From the IMG/VR virus record IMGVR_UViG_3300012009_000259: a DNA stretch of 64,000 nucleotides. The stretch is one strand, 5' to 3'. This DNA comes from an uncultured virus (IMG/VR IMGVR_UViG_3300012009_000259) (Duplodnaviria > Heunggongvirae > Uroviricota > Caudoviricetes). Both the position numbers and the translations under genes were made by a program. Each line of letters opens with the position of its first letter. Within the stretch, counting starts at the first letter, position 1. This document shows, piece by piece, positions 8,499 through 17,347 of this stretch. The notes beneath the pieces were generated by a model. It was not told the origin of the DNA, made no database searches, and saw only the letters and a program-made list of their open reading frames with translations.

Positions 8499-11063
8499 AT
8501 GAAAGCACTTATCTTGAATTATTATGTGGGCTATGGCATAGTGCCATCACACGCTAAAACCTACCACAAAATACCCAAATTCTTAATAGGAGAAGACAAG
8601 GCATTCTCCCTTGATGAGGTGGAGAAAGGTTTGTGGTGCCTCTTATATTTTGAGGGAGCAAAGAATAGTAGGGAAGTATTCTTTACTGCTGGTGAAGAGT
8701 CGGCCATACTTGAGAGTGGCCCTTTGGCTTGGGTAGAAATTGACACAAAGCAAGTGGTTGGCAGAGAGTCCCTAAGAATAAGAAAGCAGCCCCAAGAGAA
8801 GGGAGACTTCAGAGAGATTATCCCTTATGGGGTTTCTGAAGCCCCAGAGCCGTCAGAAGGCGAGACGCTTGGCAAAGAAGTTGGATATGTTCGTAAAGCC
8901 CCTGTCCCAACCAAACCTTCCAAAATGCACCTTCGAGAATTTGACACTATTGAGGACTCTCTATATGATATGACACCACCCCCACAGGAAGAAGAGACAC
9001 ACCCCGCGATGGCTAAATACACGGAGGAGCTAAAGCTAGCGGCCCGAAACTTCGCTGATTTTAACTTCGTCGTGGAAGGTAAACGAATAAGATTAAAGCA
9101 CCTCCCCCACCCTTTTACAGTTTTACAATCGCGCCCCCGCAGCGGCAAGACGGTTGGTTTGTTAGAACTCCTAAAAGAGGCGGCGTTTATGGGAGGGCGC
9201 GGGGGGAAGCGTATCGTCGTGGCAACAACAACGCGCCAGCTCGCCGCCCAGATATACGATAATCTGTACGTCGTCAGTGGTGAATCTTATGGGGATTTTA
9301 ACGAGCGGGTAATCCTGCACATGGGTCGCGGAGTAGGCGTGGAGGAGCGAACGTACAACGGCGTTAAGACCGTGTACGATATGAACACATGCAATGAAAA
9401 CATGATTGGTGCTGTAAATTCAGTTGGCAAGCAAGGTGGCAACTTATATGCCGTGTGCGGAAGCTGCCCACATAGATACCCGACCAACAAGAATGATGAA
9501 GACATCCTTGAGGGTGAGAACGTAGAACGTCAATGCAGGTATTGGGTAACTCGCGAAAGGTACGAAGGGGGCGACTTCCAGGTCGCAATTACTACTATCG
9601 GAAGTCTCGAATATATGAAGCCTAATTTTGGCAATGCCGTTCTCATTCTGGACGAGATGAGTCCTAAAATACCAACGGGAAAGATTACACCCGAAGGCAT
9701 AGCAAAGACACGGCAGGCAATTACCAAGTTGGAGTTGGTATATGAAAAAAGAGAGTTGCCAGAGAGTGAGAAAGACAGTATAGACACAAACAATCCCCCG
9801 CTGAGACTGGACGAGTACCTCCATTTCCCCAACCTTGATCTATTACTACAAAAGCTCGAGGGCAGAGAAGTGGACACAAGAAATATAAGTGTTGATAACA
9901 TGGAAGCAGAAATTAAACTACTACGAAGAGGGGCCAAAGGAACGGGCGTGCCATCACGTCCAATTATTGCGGCTCTAGGTAAACGATACCTAAAGATGCA
10001 CTTTGGCAAGTCTTCTAATGGCGGTTGGGTTTTTGCTCGTGTTCCCGATTGGGGTCTGCCAGTGGGGGAGGGGCTGGAAGTCCTGTATGCAGATGCGACA
10101 CCTTCCCCCTTCATGCAGCACTTAGTAGGAAAAGAAATCGAACCTTTCTATATTAAGAAACAAGAGGATAAATGGCCCATCCAGGTTATTCTACACCAAG
10201 TGCCCATATCCAGGAGCATGATTGAAAGGACAAGTAGTGCTGACTCCCCCCAGACCCGCTACATGAGGATTGCCCAAGCATTCGGCTTGCCAAAGGATTC
10301 CTTGTGGACAGGGATCAAGGCAGCACATGGAAGCGAGGGGTTTTATGTTTGGGGGTCGAGAGGAAAGAGTGGTGGGGAGGGGCATGATAAGGTTTCATTA
10401 TTGGCCTCTGCCTATTCCATGCCATCTGATATTTCCGTGATCTTGGCCCATGCGCTTGTGGGAGCCGACGATAAAGCAGAATCTACTTGGGCTAATCAAG
10501 AAATCGGAAGAATACCCAGGAGACTACGCAATAATCCACAGCATAGCCAGAAAGGCTACAGTGTAGGCTACCCATACCCAATGCTTGTATGGGATGGCGA
10601 GTCTGAGTATGCCATAGCGGAACAGGTAGAGGAAAAGAGTTATCCTAACAAGAATCACCCTGCACGCGCTAAGGGTAAGAAACTGTATAGTGCAAACCGA
10701 ATAGTGGCTTGCGAACTATTGCAGACAATTGGGCGTGCCTTTACGCCTGTGTCCTTTGATGAAGAGCATGGCGCGCCAGAGGAAGGAACTAAAGCTGCTG
10801 ACACCCACGAGGGGGATAAAGCATATAATAGTAGTAGTAGTAGTAGTAGCATAAGAGTCGATGTAATTGGCACTGTACCAATTTTGGGGTTTGTAGAGTG
10901 GGTATCAGTGCAACGCCCAAGTGATAGCTTGTCTATCAAGGGCTACTTCGATAGCCTAGGGCGCAAGCTGTGGGTAGCACAAAATGTCGAAGATAATGAC
11001 ATAGAAAGATTTGACCCGCCATTGGTTGAGTTCTTTGTCTTAAAAAAAGGGGGGCAAGTGTAG
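8499..11063 (+). CDS. divergent superfamily-2 helicase-like protein with a putative metal (Fe-S) cysteine cluster
   Basis: SRPRSGKT (motif I), VVATTTRQLAAQ (Ia), LILDE (II), LLQTIGRA (VI); C..CGSC..C between Ia and II as in DinG/XPD. Confidence 0.7.
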   Translation: MKALILNYYVGYGIVPSHAKTYHKIPKFLIGEDKAFSLDEVEKGLWCLLYFEGAKNSREVFFTAGEESAILESGPLAWVEIDTKQVVGRESLRIRKQPQEKGDFREIIPYGVSEAPEPSEGETLGKEVGYVRKAPVPTKPSKMHLREFDTIEDSLYDMTPPPQEEETHPAMAKYTEELKLAARNFADFNFVVEGKRIRLKHLPHPFTVLQSRPRSGKTVGLLELLKEAAFMGGRGGKRIVVATTTRQLAAQIYDNLYVVSGESYGDFNERVILHMGRGVGVEERTYNGVKTVYDMNTCNENMIGAVNSVGKQGGNLYAVCGSCPHRYPTNKNDEDILEGENVERQCRYWVTRERYEGGDFQVAITTIGSLEYMKPNFGNAVLILDEMSPKIPTGKITPEGIAKTRQAITKLELVYEKRELPESEKDSIDTNNPPLRLDEYLHFPNLDLLLQKLEGREVDTRNISVDNMEAEIKLLRRGAKGTGVPSRPIIAALGKRYLKMHFGKSSNGGWVFARVPDWGLPVGEGLEVLYADATPSPFMQHLVGKEIEPFYIKKQEDKWPIQVILHQVPISRSMIERTSSADSPQTRYMRIAQAFGLPKDSLWTGIKAAHGSEGFYVWGSRGKSGGEGHDKVSLLASAYSMPSDISVILAHALVGADDKAESTWANQEIGRIPRRLRNNPQHSQKGYSVGYPYPMLVWDGESEYAIAEQVEEKSYPNKNHPARAKGKKLYSANRIVACELLQTIGRAFTPVSFDEEHGAPEEGTKAADTHEGDKAYNSSSSSSSIRVDVIGTVPILGFVEWVSVQRPSDSLSIKGYFDSLGRKLWVAQNVEDNDIERFDPPLVEFFVLKKGGQV

Positions 11064-11624
11064 GTGAGCGATTATTTATTGGATGTTCGGCCAGCTAGAA
11101 AGTACGCGATAGCACAAGCAAGCTTTGTATTTGTAAGCGCCCCCATGCCTGTTGGAGAATTTGAGGGGCATGTAGTAAACGGGCGCGGTGGCTATCTGTA
11201 CTGGGCTGACGACAAGAAGAAAGTAGGCAAGCACAAAAAGGGTGGATACTTTGTATATCCAAGTCAAGTCCTACTCTGGCCTGTTATGAAATGTGAGTCT
11301 GGGGACAGGGTGGGGCAGTTTGCTCCAATTCAGCTAATGGCGTTTCCATCTGGATGTGCAGAAGTCCTTTTACAAACCTTCCAGGCAACGCCTAAAGCAG
11401 CCAGTGTACGATTAGACGCGCCCAAGGGTTTTAAGGACTGGGCGTTTAGATACGAAACAAACGTCTGGAGAGTGGAGTTGATGGATGATGTTGAGATAGC
11501 ACTAGATGAGGATTGGCTTTTGTCTATACCGTCGCTGGACGATGAAGTATGGTGGCAAAAACCCGAACAAGAAGGAGGTACGAGGTGGGAGTTATACAGT
11601 TTGATGAATCCGCTATCGAAGTAG
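11064..11624 (+). CDS. hypothetical protein in the replication/recombination operon
   Basis: 186-aa ORF abutting the helicase stop. Confidence 0.65.
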   Translation: MSDYLLDVRPARKYAIAQASFVFVSAPMPVGEFEGHVVNGRGGYLYWADDKKKVGKHKKGGYFVYPSQVLLWPVMKCESGDRVGQFAPIQLMAFPSGCAEVLLQTFQATPKAASVRLDAPKGFKDWAFRYETNVWRVELMDDVEIALDEDWLLSIPSLDDEVWWQKPEQEGGTRWELYSLMNPLSK

Positions 11625-12934
11625 CGGAGAAGCGTCTTGGCGAAGACGCTGTTACTGCCTTGCAGTCTAGTGGCGCAGAAGCAGAAACCAAACGGCAACC
11701 AGAAAAGAAAAAGCGAAGACGAAGGGGCGAAACGCACAATTTTTCCAATCTTATAAATGATGATGGAAAGTTTGACTTTGCGCCCTGGAGGAAAAGAGCC
11801 CAAGAGCTGCATGAGGCCAACCCCGAAACACAAGAAGGGGAGAGCTTACCAATTCCCATTCATCCTGCATTAGCCTATCTGAATGGGGCGCGACTATTGC
11901 ATAGAGGCTTTGGGAGGTTCGCGGGTCAAGCGCAGGTTGGGAAGAGCCGAGCTATGGCCTTTCTAGCATCTGACTACCAAACATACGCGCCTCTATTCGC
12001 AAAAGCGGTTGAAGGACTTGTCCCTGAGGCAAAGGTGGCACGCCACGTCAACGTGGTATTCGCGTACTCGGAGATTTCGGGGATGCAATATCTGTCGTAT
12101 CTGCCATTCCCACCTAAGCGGGTATACTTAATTCACAAGCTGGCAGACATTGTGCCAGTCTTGCAGTATGCCAAGTCGTGTGGCCCTACTATCGTTATCG
12201 TTGACAGCGTGAGTGACCTACTGCCCGACTATATCCACCCCTCGAAACACGACAAGGTGCAGAATAATTGCACAACAAAGCAGAGGCAAACCGCGCTTGT
12301 CCCAATAATGGGAGACGATGGTTTTAGGCCAAGGAAAATTCCCATTCACGAAATTGAGTGGGCGACTGTGAAGAAACGGGGGGGGGAGGTAAGCTGGTTG
12401 AAAACCTCTCCAGGACTAGCGCCTGTTGCCTTAGCAATGTCCCGAATGGGGCCGATCTTGTCGGCTTATGCTGAGATTCCTGTTATGGCAACCAATCACT
12501 TCTCATCCCAGGTAGGCTTCATCTCCTACCTGAAGGCCAAAGGTGGGAACACGCTCAAGCATTTAGTCTTTCCAGATTTGGCCTTTGGAAAGATAAAGGG
12601 ACAGGATGTAGCGCGAGTTATTAAACCCGCGAAGGCGGGTGTCCCCGAAGAGCGGGAATTGACATACTATCCTCGGCAAGGGGGGTTCTTCTGGGGGCTC
12701 TTGCGGGCCTTGGGTGCTGCACAGGATAGGTATAAGATGAAATCTAAGGCTGAGAGCCTCGGCGCGGGGTGGATGTTCAAGGGCACCGACGAAGAGCAGC
12801 ATATCAGGTTTGACGACGTTAAAGTGTGGCAAGAGGCGTTATCGCCGGAATTGGTTATGCGCTTGACTGCGCATGTTTACGCTAATTGCCACAAGAGCGT
12901 GATGCCCAACTTTCAACCCCTAGAGGAGGGGTAG
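11549..12934 (+). CDS. RecA/RadA-like P-loop ATPase (divergent recombinase)
   Basis: GQAQVGKS Walker A, IVIVDSV Walker B, ATNH, and GGNTLKH resembling the Rad51/RadA L2 region. Confidence 0.7.
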   Translation: MVAKTRTRRRYEVGVIQFDESAIEVAEKRLGEDAVTALQSSGAEAETKRQPEKKKRRRRGETHNFSNLINDDGKFDFAPWRKRAQELHEANPETQEGESLPIPIHPALAYLNGARLLHRGFGRFAGQAQVGKSRAMAFLASDYQTYAPLFAKAVEGLVPEAKVARHVNVVFAYSEISGMQYLSYLPFPPKRVYLIHKLADIVPVLQYAKSCGPTIVIVDSVSDLLPDYIHPSKHDKVQNNCTTKQRQTALVPIMGDDGFRPRKIPIHEIEWATVKKRGGEVSWLKTSPGLAPVALAMSRMGPILSAYAEIPVMATNHFSSQVGFISYLKAKGGNTLKHLVFPDLAFGKIKGQDVARVIKPAKAGVPEERELTYYPRQGGFFWGLLRALGAAQDRYKMKSKAESLGAGWMFKGTDEEQHIRFDDVKVWQEALSPELVMRLTAHVYANCHKSVMPNFQPLEEG

Positions 12935-13842
12935 TGAACAAAATAACTGAAGAGGTTGCTTTCCATATAGCGGGGCAACGTGTATATGCCCCATCGCTAA
13001 TCAATCGTATAATGTTAGCGAAAGGGGGGCAGCCTATGGAGCGGGGGCTAATTGTCCTTAAGCGGGGGGAGAAATACCTGCATTTCTCTCACTCAGTAAG
13101 ATGCCTCCCCCCTATTCCACCAGTTTTTAGAAGGTGTAGCCTTTATAGTCCTGTAGATGGGGGGCTATATCTCCACAATGGGGATTTTCAAGAGGAGACA
13201 AGAATCAATTACCACGTTGTGCAAGGTGGCGAGTTTGCCTGGGGAGTGCGCCTTTTTGCGGCCTTCACTGAGCTAAGGTACCTAGAGCAAAAAGGGTACA
13301 ACATGGTATTTGATATTGCGACTCCAGAAATATCTGTCCAGGAGATGAGCGACTTCTTATGGACAATACTGCCAGACATCGCAAAATACGGAAAAGAGCG
13401 ACTCTCCATCACCTTTCTCTATACAGGTAAGATTCTTGTGTCTAGGGGGATGGATGAGGTAGATGAAGTGGAGGTAAGACCATCTGACTCCGTAGTGGGC
13501 GAGGTGCATAATGGGGCTATCCCACCGCACAGCCCCACCGATAACAAGGTGGGGGCGTTGGTGTATCGACGCCCGACTGGGGAGTGGGTCACGAACTACG
13601 GAGGCCTACGCCCTGTGAGTGTAGAGGAGGGGGCGAAGGCGGGCTGGTATACTTTAGGAATGGGGGTATCGGGTGAGATACATGCCATTGCGCCTTTAGT
13701 TCCTTTTCCGATTCCTAGAATGATAAGGGAAACAGGGTACATCAAATACATAGTATACAACAATAACAAATTTATAAGTGCGGCGGACTTAGAAATCTAC
13801 GAGTTGACACTACAGAAGATTGAGGAGGCAGAGCGCAAATGA
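12886..13842 (+). CDS. hypothetical protein (probable GTG start at 12934)
   Basis: long ORF; gaggagg RBS before the GTG. Confidence 0.7.
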   Translation: MPQERDAQLSTPRGGVVNKITEEVAFHIAGQRVYAPSLINRIMLAKGGQPMERGLIVLKRGEKYLHFSHSVRCLPPIPPVFRRCSLYSPVDGGLYLHNGDFQEETRINYHVVQGGEFAWGVRLFAAFTELRYLEQKGYNMVFDIATPEISVQEMSDFLWTILPDIAKYGKERLSITFLYTGKILVSRGMDEVDEVEVRPSDSVVGEVHNGAIPPHSPTDNKVGALVYRRPTGEWVTNYGGLRPVSVEEGAKAGWYTLGMGVSGEIHAIAPLVPFPIPRMIRETGYIKYIVYNNNKFISAADLEIYELTLQKIEEAERK

Positions 13843-14861
13843 ACATACAACAGAGGAATTTGGTTGTTTTAGTTATTATTATAGCGGCAGCTGCCTTAAT
13901 CGCTCTCGCTGGAGTCTTGTTGCCATCCAGACCCACACCTACTGAAACCCCTGCTTCTCTGCCTACACGTGCTTTCACACCCACTCCTTTGAAAATCTTG
14001 CCTACCAATACTCCTGCCCCAACTATCACTCTTGCTCCGACATACACCCCCCTACCTGAAGAGACCTCCGCACCTATTACTCCTACTCCTGCCAATACCG
14101 CTCTGCCTATCACCCCTACTGTGACCACCGCCCCCACTATACCTATCCCCATCGGTGGCATTACAGAGGGTTTTTCGCTCACAATGACCCGTATCCTCTC
14201 CTTGACCGCCATAAATAACCTGACCCCCACTGAATACGCGGATTTGTTATGGGCTGACGAGATACTTGCTTTTGAGGAGGAACAGGCAGACATTAAGCAA
14301 TATGACCTTTACAAGGTTGGCTACCCCCTGATCTTCTGTACCAAAATAGAGGGGGACACCGGAGTATTGGAGATAGAATTACTTGATGAAGACGGAAGCG
14401 TAATGGGGTCATACATCGACCAAAGTATTAGGTTTACATGTCGTGTTTTGGGTAGTAGCCCCGACTGGTCGAGGCGCCCCATCTTTGCAAAAGTGACCCC
14501 CACAAAAGGAAAGGGTTTTACAACCGAGAATCTCCTTTGGTCAGTAAAAGTCTGGCGCGTGGGGGACATTAGGCAAGGGCAAGAAAAGGAATGGGGGGTT
14601 GTAAAAGGGAGTGGGGATGCGGTATTCCTGCCGTTTAACACCCAAGAGGCTTGGGGATACTATGATAGCACAGGGGATGCCATCGAAATACTCTACCTCT
14701 GCGAGGGGGAAGAGTTGCGGCGAGCAAACACAAGGAATCGCATCCCTTTTACACTGCCGAACGAATGTTATGGGATGGAGCTAAATTCGGCAGATGAATG
14801 GTATATGCTCCTAAACCAAGGAAATGATAATGCCAAACCAACGCCAACAGCAGGGCCATAA
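13839..14861 (+). CDS. membrane-anchored protein with a Pro/Thr-rich linker
   Basis: N-terminal TM helix followed by PTPT/PTNT repeats. Confidence 0.75.
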   Translation: MNIQQRNLVVLVIIIAAAALIALAGVLLPSRPTPTETPASLPTRAFTPTPLKILPTNTPAPTITLAPTYTPLPEETSAPITPTPANTALPITPTVTTAPTIPIPIGGITEGFSLTMTRILSLTAINNLTPTEYADLLWADEILAFEEEQADIKQYDLYKVGYPLIFCTKIEGDTGVLEIELLDEDGSVMGSYIDQSIRFTCRVLGSSPDWSRRPIFAKVTPTKGKGFTTENLLWSVKVWRVGDIRQGQEKEWGVVKGSGDAVFLPFNTQEAWGYYDSTGDAIEILYLCEGEELRRANTRNRIPFTLPNECYGMELNSADEWYMLLNQGNDNAKPTPTAGP

Positions 14862-15462
14862 CGACAACCCCAAAAAGACCCAGGAAGCAATAGGGATAGC
14901 AACGCAATGGGGCTTTGGGCTATTAGCGCACCAAGGTCTTAGACATGAATCTGCCTCGAAAGAGATGCTGCAAATAGCCACATCGGTACGAAGGTTGATT
15001 ATCGTCGGACAAACCATATCTCTATTATCAGAAGAGAGGATCACTCCCGATCAGGAGAGATTGCGCAGAATAGTCGGACACCTTAACCACGTGTTAGGGT
15101 GTGGAGTAACCATATACCAGAACCCGACTAATGTTTTAATGAGCATCTTTGCTCGCAGGATGCTGGAAACATCTAGTTACTCATGGGAGCGTTATGATAT
15201 TGAGTATAGCGCCTCAAAGTACGAACAGTTGCAAAAATCAGTGGGGAAGGATTACTGCGCATTTGAATCCCGTACAGACAAGCACATCCCCTGGGGAGGA
15301 GCTATTCTGAATGCCGCTGATAACCAAATAGCAGAAGCCTCATTAAGCGTACTGAGAGACATTCTGCTATTTGTGCTCGACGTGTATATCACCCCCCTCA
15401 AGGAGATTGCGCCAGAAGCACACAAGATTCTCGAAACACACCAGACTGGTGTTCAAGTTTGA
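14824..15462 (+). CDS. hypothetical protein
   Basis: 212-aa ORF in operon. Confidence 0.65.
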   Translation: MIMPNQRQQQGHNDNPKKTQEAIGIATQWGFGLLAHQGLRHESASKEMLQIATSVRRLIIVGQTISLLSEERITPDQERLRRIVGHLNHVLGCGVTIYQNPTNVLMSIFARRMLETSSYSWERYDIEYSASKYEQLQKSVGKDYCAFESRTDKHIPWGGAILNAADNQIAEASLSVLRDILLFVLDVYITPLKEIAPEAHKILETHQTGVQV

Positions 15463-15487
15463 CATCTGTCAAACTTACGGTAGAATA
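15460..15487 (+). promoter_or_regulatory. sigma-70-type promoter (TTGACA...TAGAAT)
   Basis: ttgaca near 15460 and tagaat at 15481-15486, upstream of the RBS of 15511. Confidence 0.45.
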
Positions 15488-15510
15488 ATTATAGCAAGGG
15501 GGAGAAAAAC

Positions 15511-16002
15511 ATGAACCTAACCGTATGTATGATACGGAAAAAAAAGTGGTATAACGGTCAAAGTTTCCACAAATTAAAGAATCCCGAAGACACTCCTAAC
15601 AGACGCTCATACTATGCTGTCTTAAAAACCCCAGAGAGAATGCAGGGAGAGGCTGTCTTTGTTGAGCCTGCCGAGGGGTTGAGGATTTATCCGCTCACTT
15701 TACAACTAGTTGCAGAACTAGTATATGTGAGTGAGGGCAGGAAGGTGGCTTTCCCCGCCAAGACGATCTTGCCGGACATCGAACAAGTGAATCAAAACTA
15801 CCTAGTATTTGTGCCTCAAAGCAACCTACCTTTTGTGATGGCTGTGCAGAGGCGGGTCAGTAAGATGAGAGACCGTTCGACTTCACCGTCTATACGGTCA
15901 ACAGTTGAGTCCAGAGAGAAAGATGGACTTCCTGGGGATGCTTTGGTGCTTGCTCAGGAAATCCTCAAGAAGAGAAAGAGGGCAGCAGGGTCTTATTCAT
16001 AA
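15511..16002 (+). CDS. hypothetical protein
   Basis: 163-aa ORF, RBS ggggag. Confidence 0.65.
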   Translation: MNLTVCMIRKKKWYNGQSFHKLKNPEDTPNRRSYYAVLKTPERMQGEAVFVEPAEGLRIYPLTLQLVAELVYVSEGRKVAFPAKTILPDIEQVNQNYLVFVPQSNLPFVMAVQRRVSKMRDRSTSPSIRSTVESREKDGLPGDALVLAQEILKKRKRAAGSYS

Positions 16003-16017
16003 TTGTTCACTTAACTT

Positions 16018-16647
16018 ATGGTATGTATGGGAGGCAATATGGCAAGGGGACGCACTAGTGCTCAGACGAAAAGGCACCAGAGGGACATAGAGTTGGCTAC
16101 CCTAGCTCAGGAGGGGAATAGGCAAGAACAGTCAGACGCTCTAAGAGCGATATATGACCAATACCACCGGTTGATGTTCGACCAGGCTCATAAAGCATCT
16201 GGCGGTGGCGTTGAGGTGACCGAAGCCGAAGTTTATGAGGTCATCCATAAGTGCGTGTGTATCAAAGGGTGGGACTCCGAGAGGGCAATGCTTTCGACCT
16301 ACCTAGGCTGGTACATGCGGTACTATGTTTCCCACTTTTTGCAACGAGAGAAATCCCACAGGGAGAGGGTGGTAGCCAGAATCGGCAGTAATGAAGATAA
16401 GTACGAAGAGGAGGATGGAGCAGTAGAGGTGCCACAAGAACAAACCCCATTCCACATCCCTGCGGCGGCATTAGAGATGAGGGAGTCGGCGGGGCGCACA
16501 CAGGAGCTTATGGAAGACCTACCACCCCGTTGTCGTGAAACGCTGACTATTTTCATCGGAGGGGGCTCCCCCGACAAGGACGATCTGGCAGTCGCCAAGG
16601 CTGCATTATATTCTCTGATGCAACTACGGGCATCGGGGATTATCTGA
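16018..16647 (+). CDS. sigma-70-family RNA polymerase sigma factor (divergent)
   Basis: region 2-like WDSERAMLSTYLGWYMRYYV; region 4-like LMEDLPPRCRETL. Confidence 0.7.
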   Translation: MVCMGGNMARGRTSAQTKRHQRDIELATLAQEGNRQEQSDALRAIYDQYHRLMFDQAHKASGGGVEVTEAEVYEVIHKCVCIKGWDSERAMLSTYLGWYMRYYVSHFLQREKSHRERVVARIGSNEDKYEEEDGAVEVPQEQTPFHIPAAALEMRESAGRTQELMEDLPPRCRETLTIFIGGGSPDKDDLAVAKAALYSLMQLRASGII

Positions 16648-16666
16648 CTGAGCAACAAAGATGTAT

Positions 16667-16698
16667 AATACCGCAGGAATCCCGCCTGCGGTATTTTG
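16667..16698 (+). terminator. intrinsic terminator-like hairpin
   Basis: aataccgcagg / cctgcggtatt followed by T residues. Confidence 0.55.
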
Positions 16699-17310
16699 CT
16701 TTATATCAGACATGGAGGGCTGGTCATGTACGACCTCTTAGGAGAACCTGTATTATTGAGTAGTGAGACGACAGACATTACCCCACCTATATTAAGAAGC
16801 GGGAGGATGTCTAGGGTATTGTTAAGAGAGGAAAGGCAGGGCGTATACTCTCTACATTACGCCTCTATGATAAAGATATACTACAGCATTGAAAAAGGAG
16901 AGGAATTAAACGACAATGGCGATTATGGGGCTTCTCCTTCGCATGTCGTGTTCGATGGCAAAAGATATGAGACACTCCCTGGCTTTTGGCCGACGTTGAA
17001 GGGAGTCCATTCTCAGAATAAGTGGGGGATAGTCGGAATAGTCGCATCTCACATAGGTACGAATAACTTCTATTACGGCTTGTGCTGGATAGATGATTCT
17101 CCTTTACACTTCTGTCGCCTCTCACACAGGGAGAGAAGATTTAACAGAAGCGAGTTTGAGGGCCTACAAAAGGCAGTCAGAGACGCATCTCACCATAGAC
17201 ATGCTAGGGTAAATGATGTAATCGCAGTTAAAAAGACTAATGGTGTATTAGTCAACCTAGGGGCATTCTCATTCACTCTCCGACACCCGCATAAGATTTT
17301 ATCAGTATAA
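16696..17310 (+). CDS. hypothetical protein (probable start 16726)
   Basis: ORF with ggagg RBS before the internal ATG. Confidence 0.6.
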   Translation: MLYIRHGGLVMYDLLGEPVLLSSETTDITPPILRSGRMSRVLLREERQGVYSLHYASMIKIYYSIEKGEELNDNGDYGASPSHVVFDGKRYETLPGFWPTLKGVHSQNKWGIVGIVASHIGTNNFYYGLCWIDDSPLHFCRLSHRERRFNRSEFEGLQKAVRDASHHRHARVNDVIAVKKTNGVLVNLGAFSFTLRHPHKILSV

Positions 17311-17347
17311 TAGAGCGCAAATAAAAACAAAGAAGGAGAGTGTCATT

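Noticed and set aside
10829..10850. (AGT)n microsatellite
   Set aside because: A short in-frame poly-Ser tract in a probable helicase loop; no frame-switching potential.
11061..11066. TAG immediately followed by an in-frame start (also 29961-29966, 49593-49598) and an internal TAG at 38927, suggesting amber recoding
   Set aside because: Long conserved genes (dnaE, FtsK-like, rseP, MTase) are uninterrupted in the standard code, dcd ends at its normal C-terminus with TAG, the downstream ORFs have their own RBS, and no suppressor tRNA was seen.
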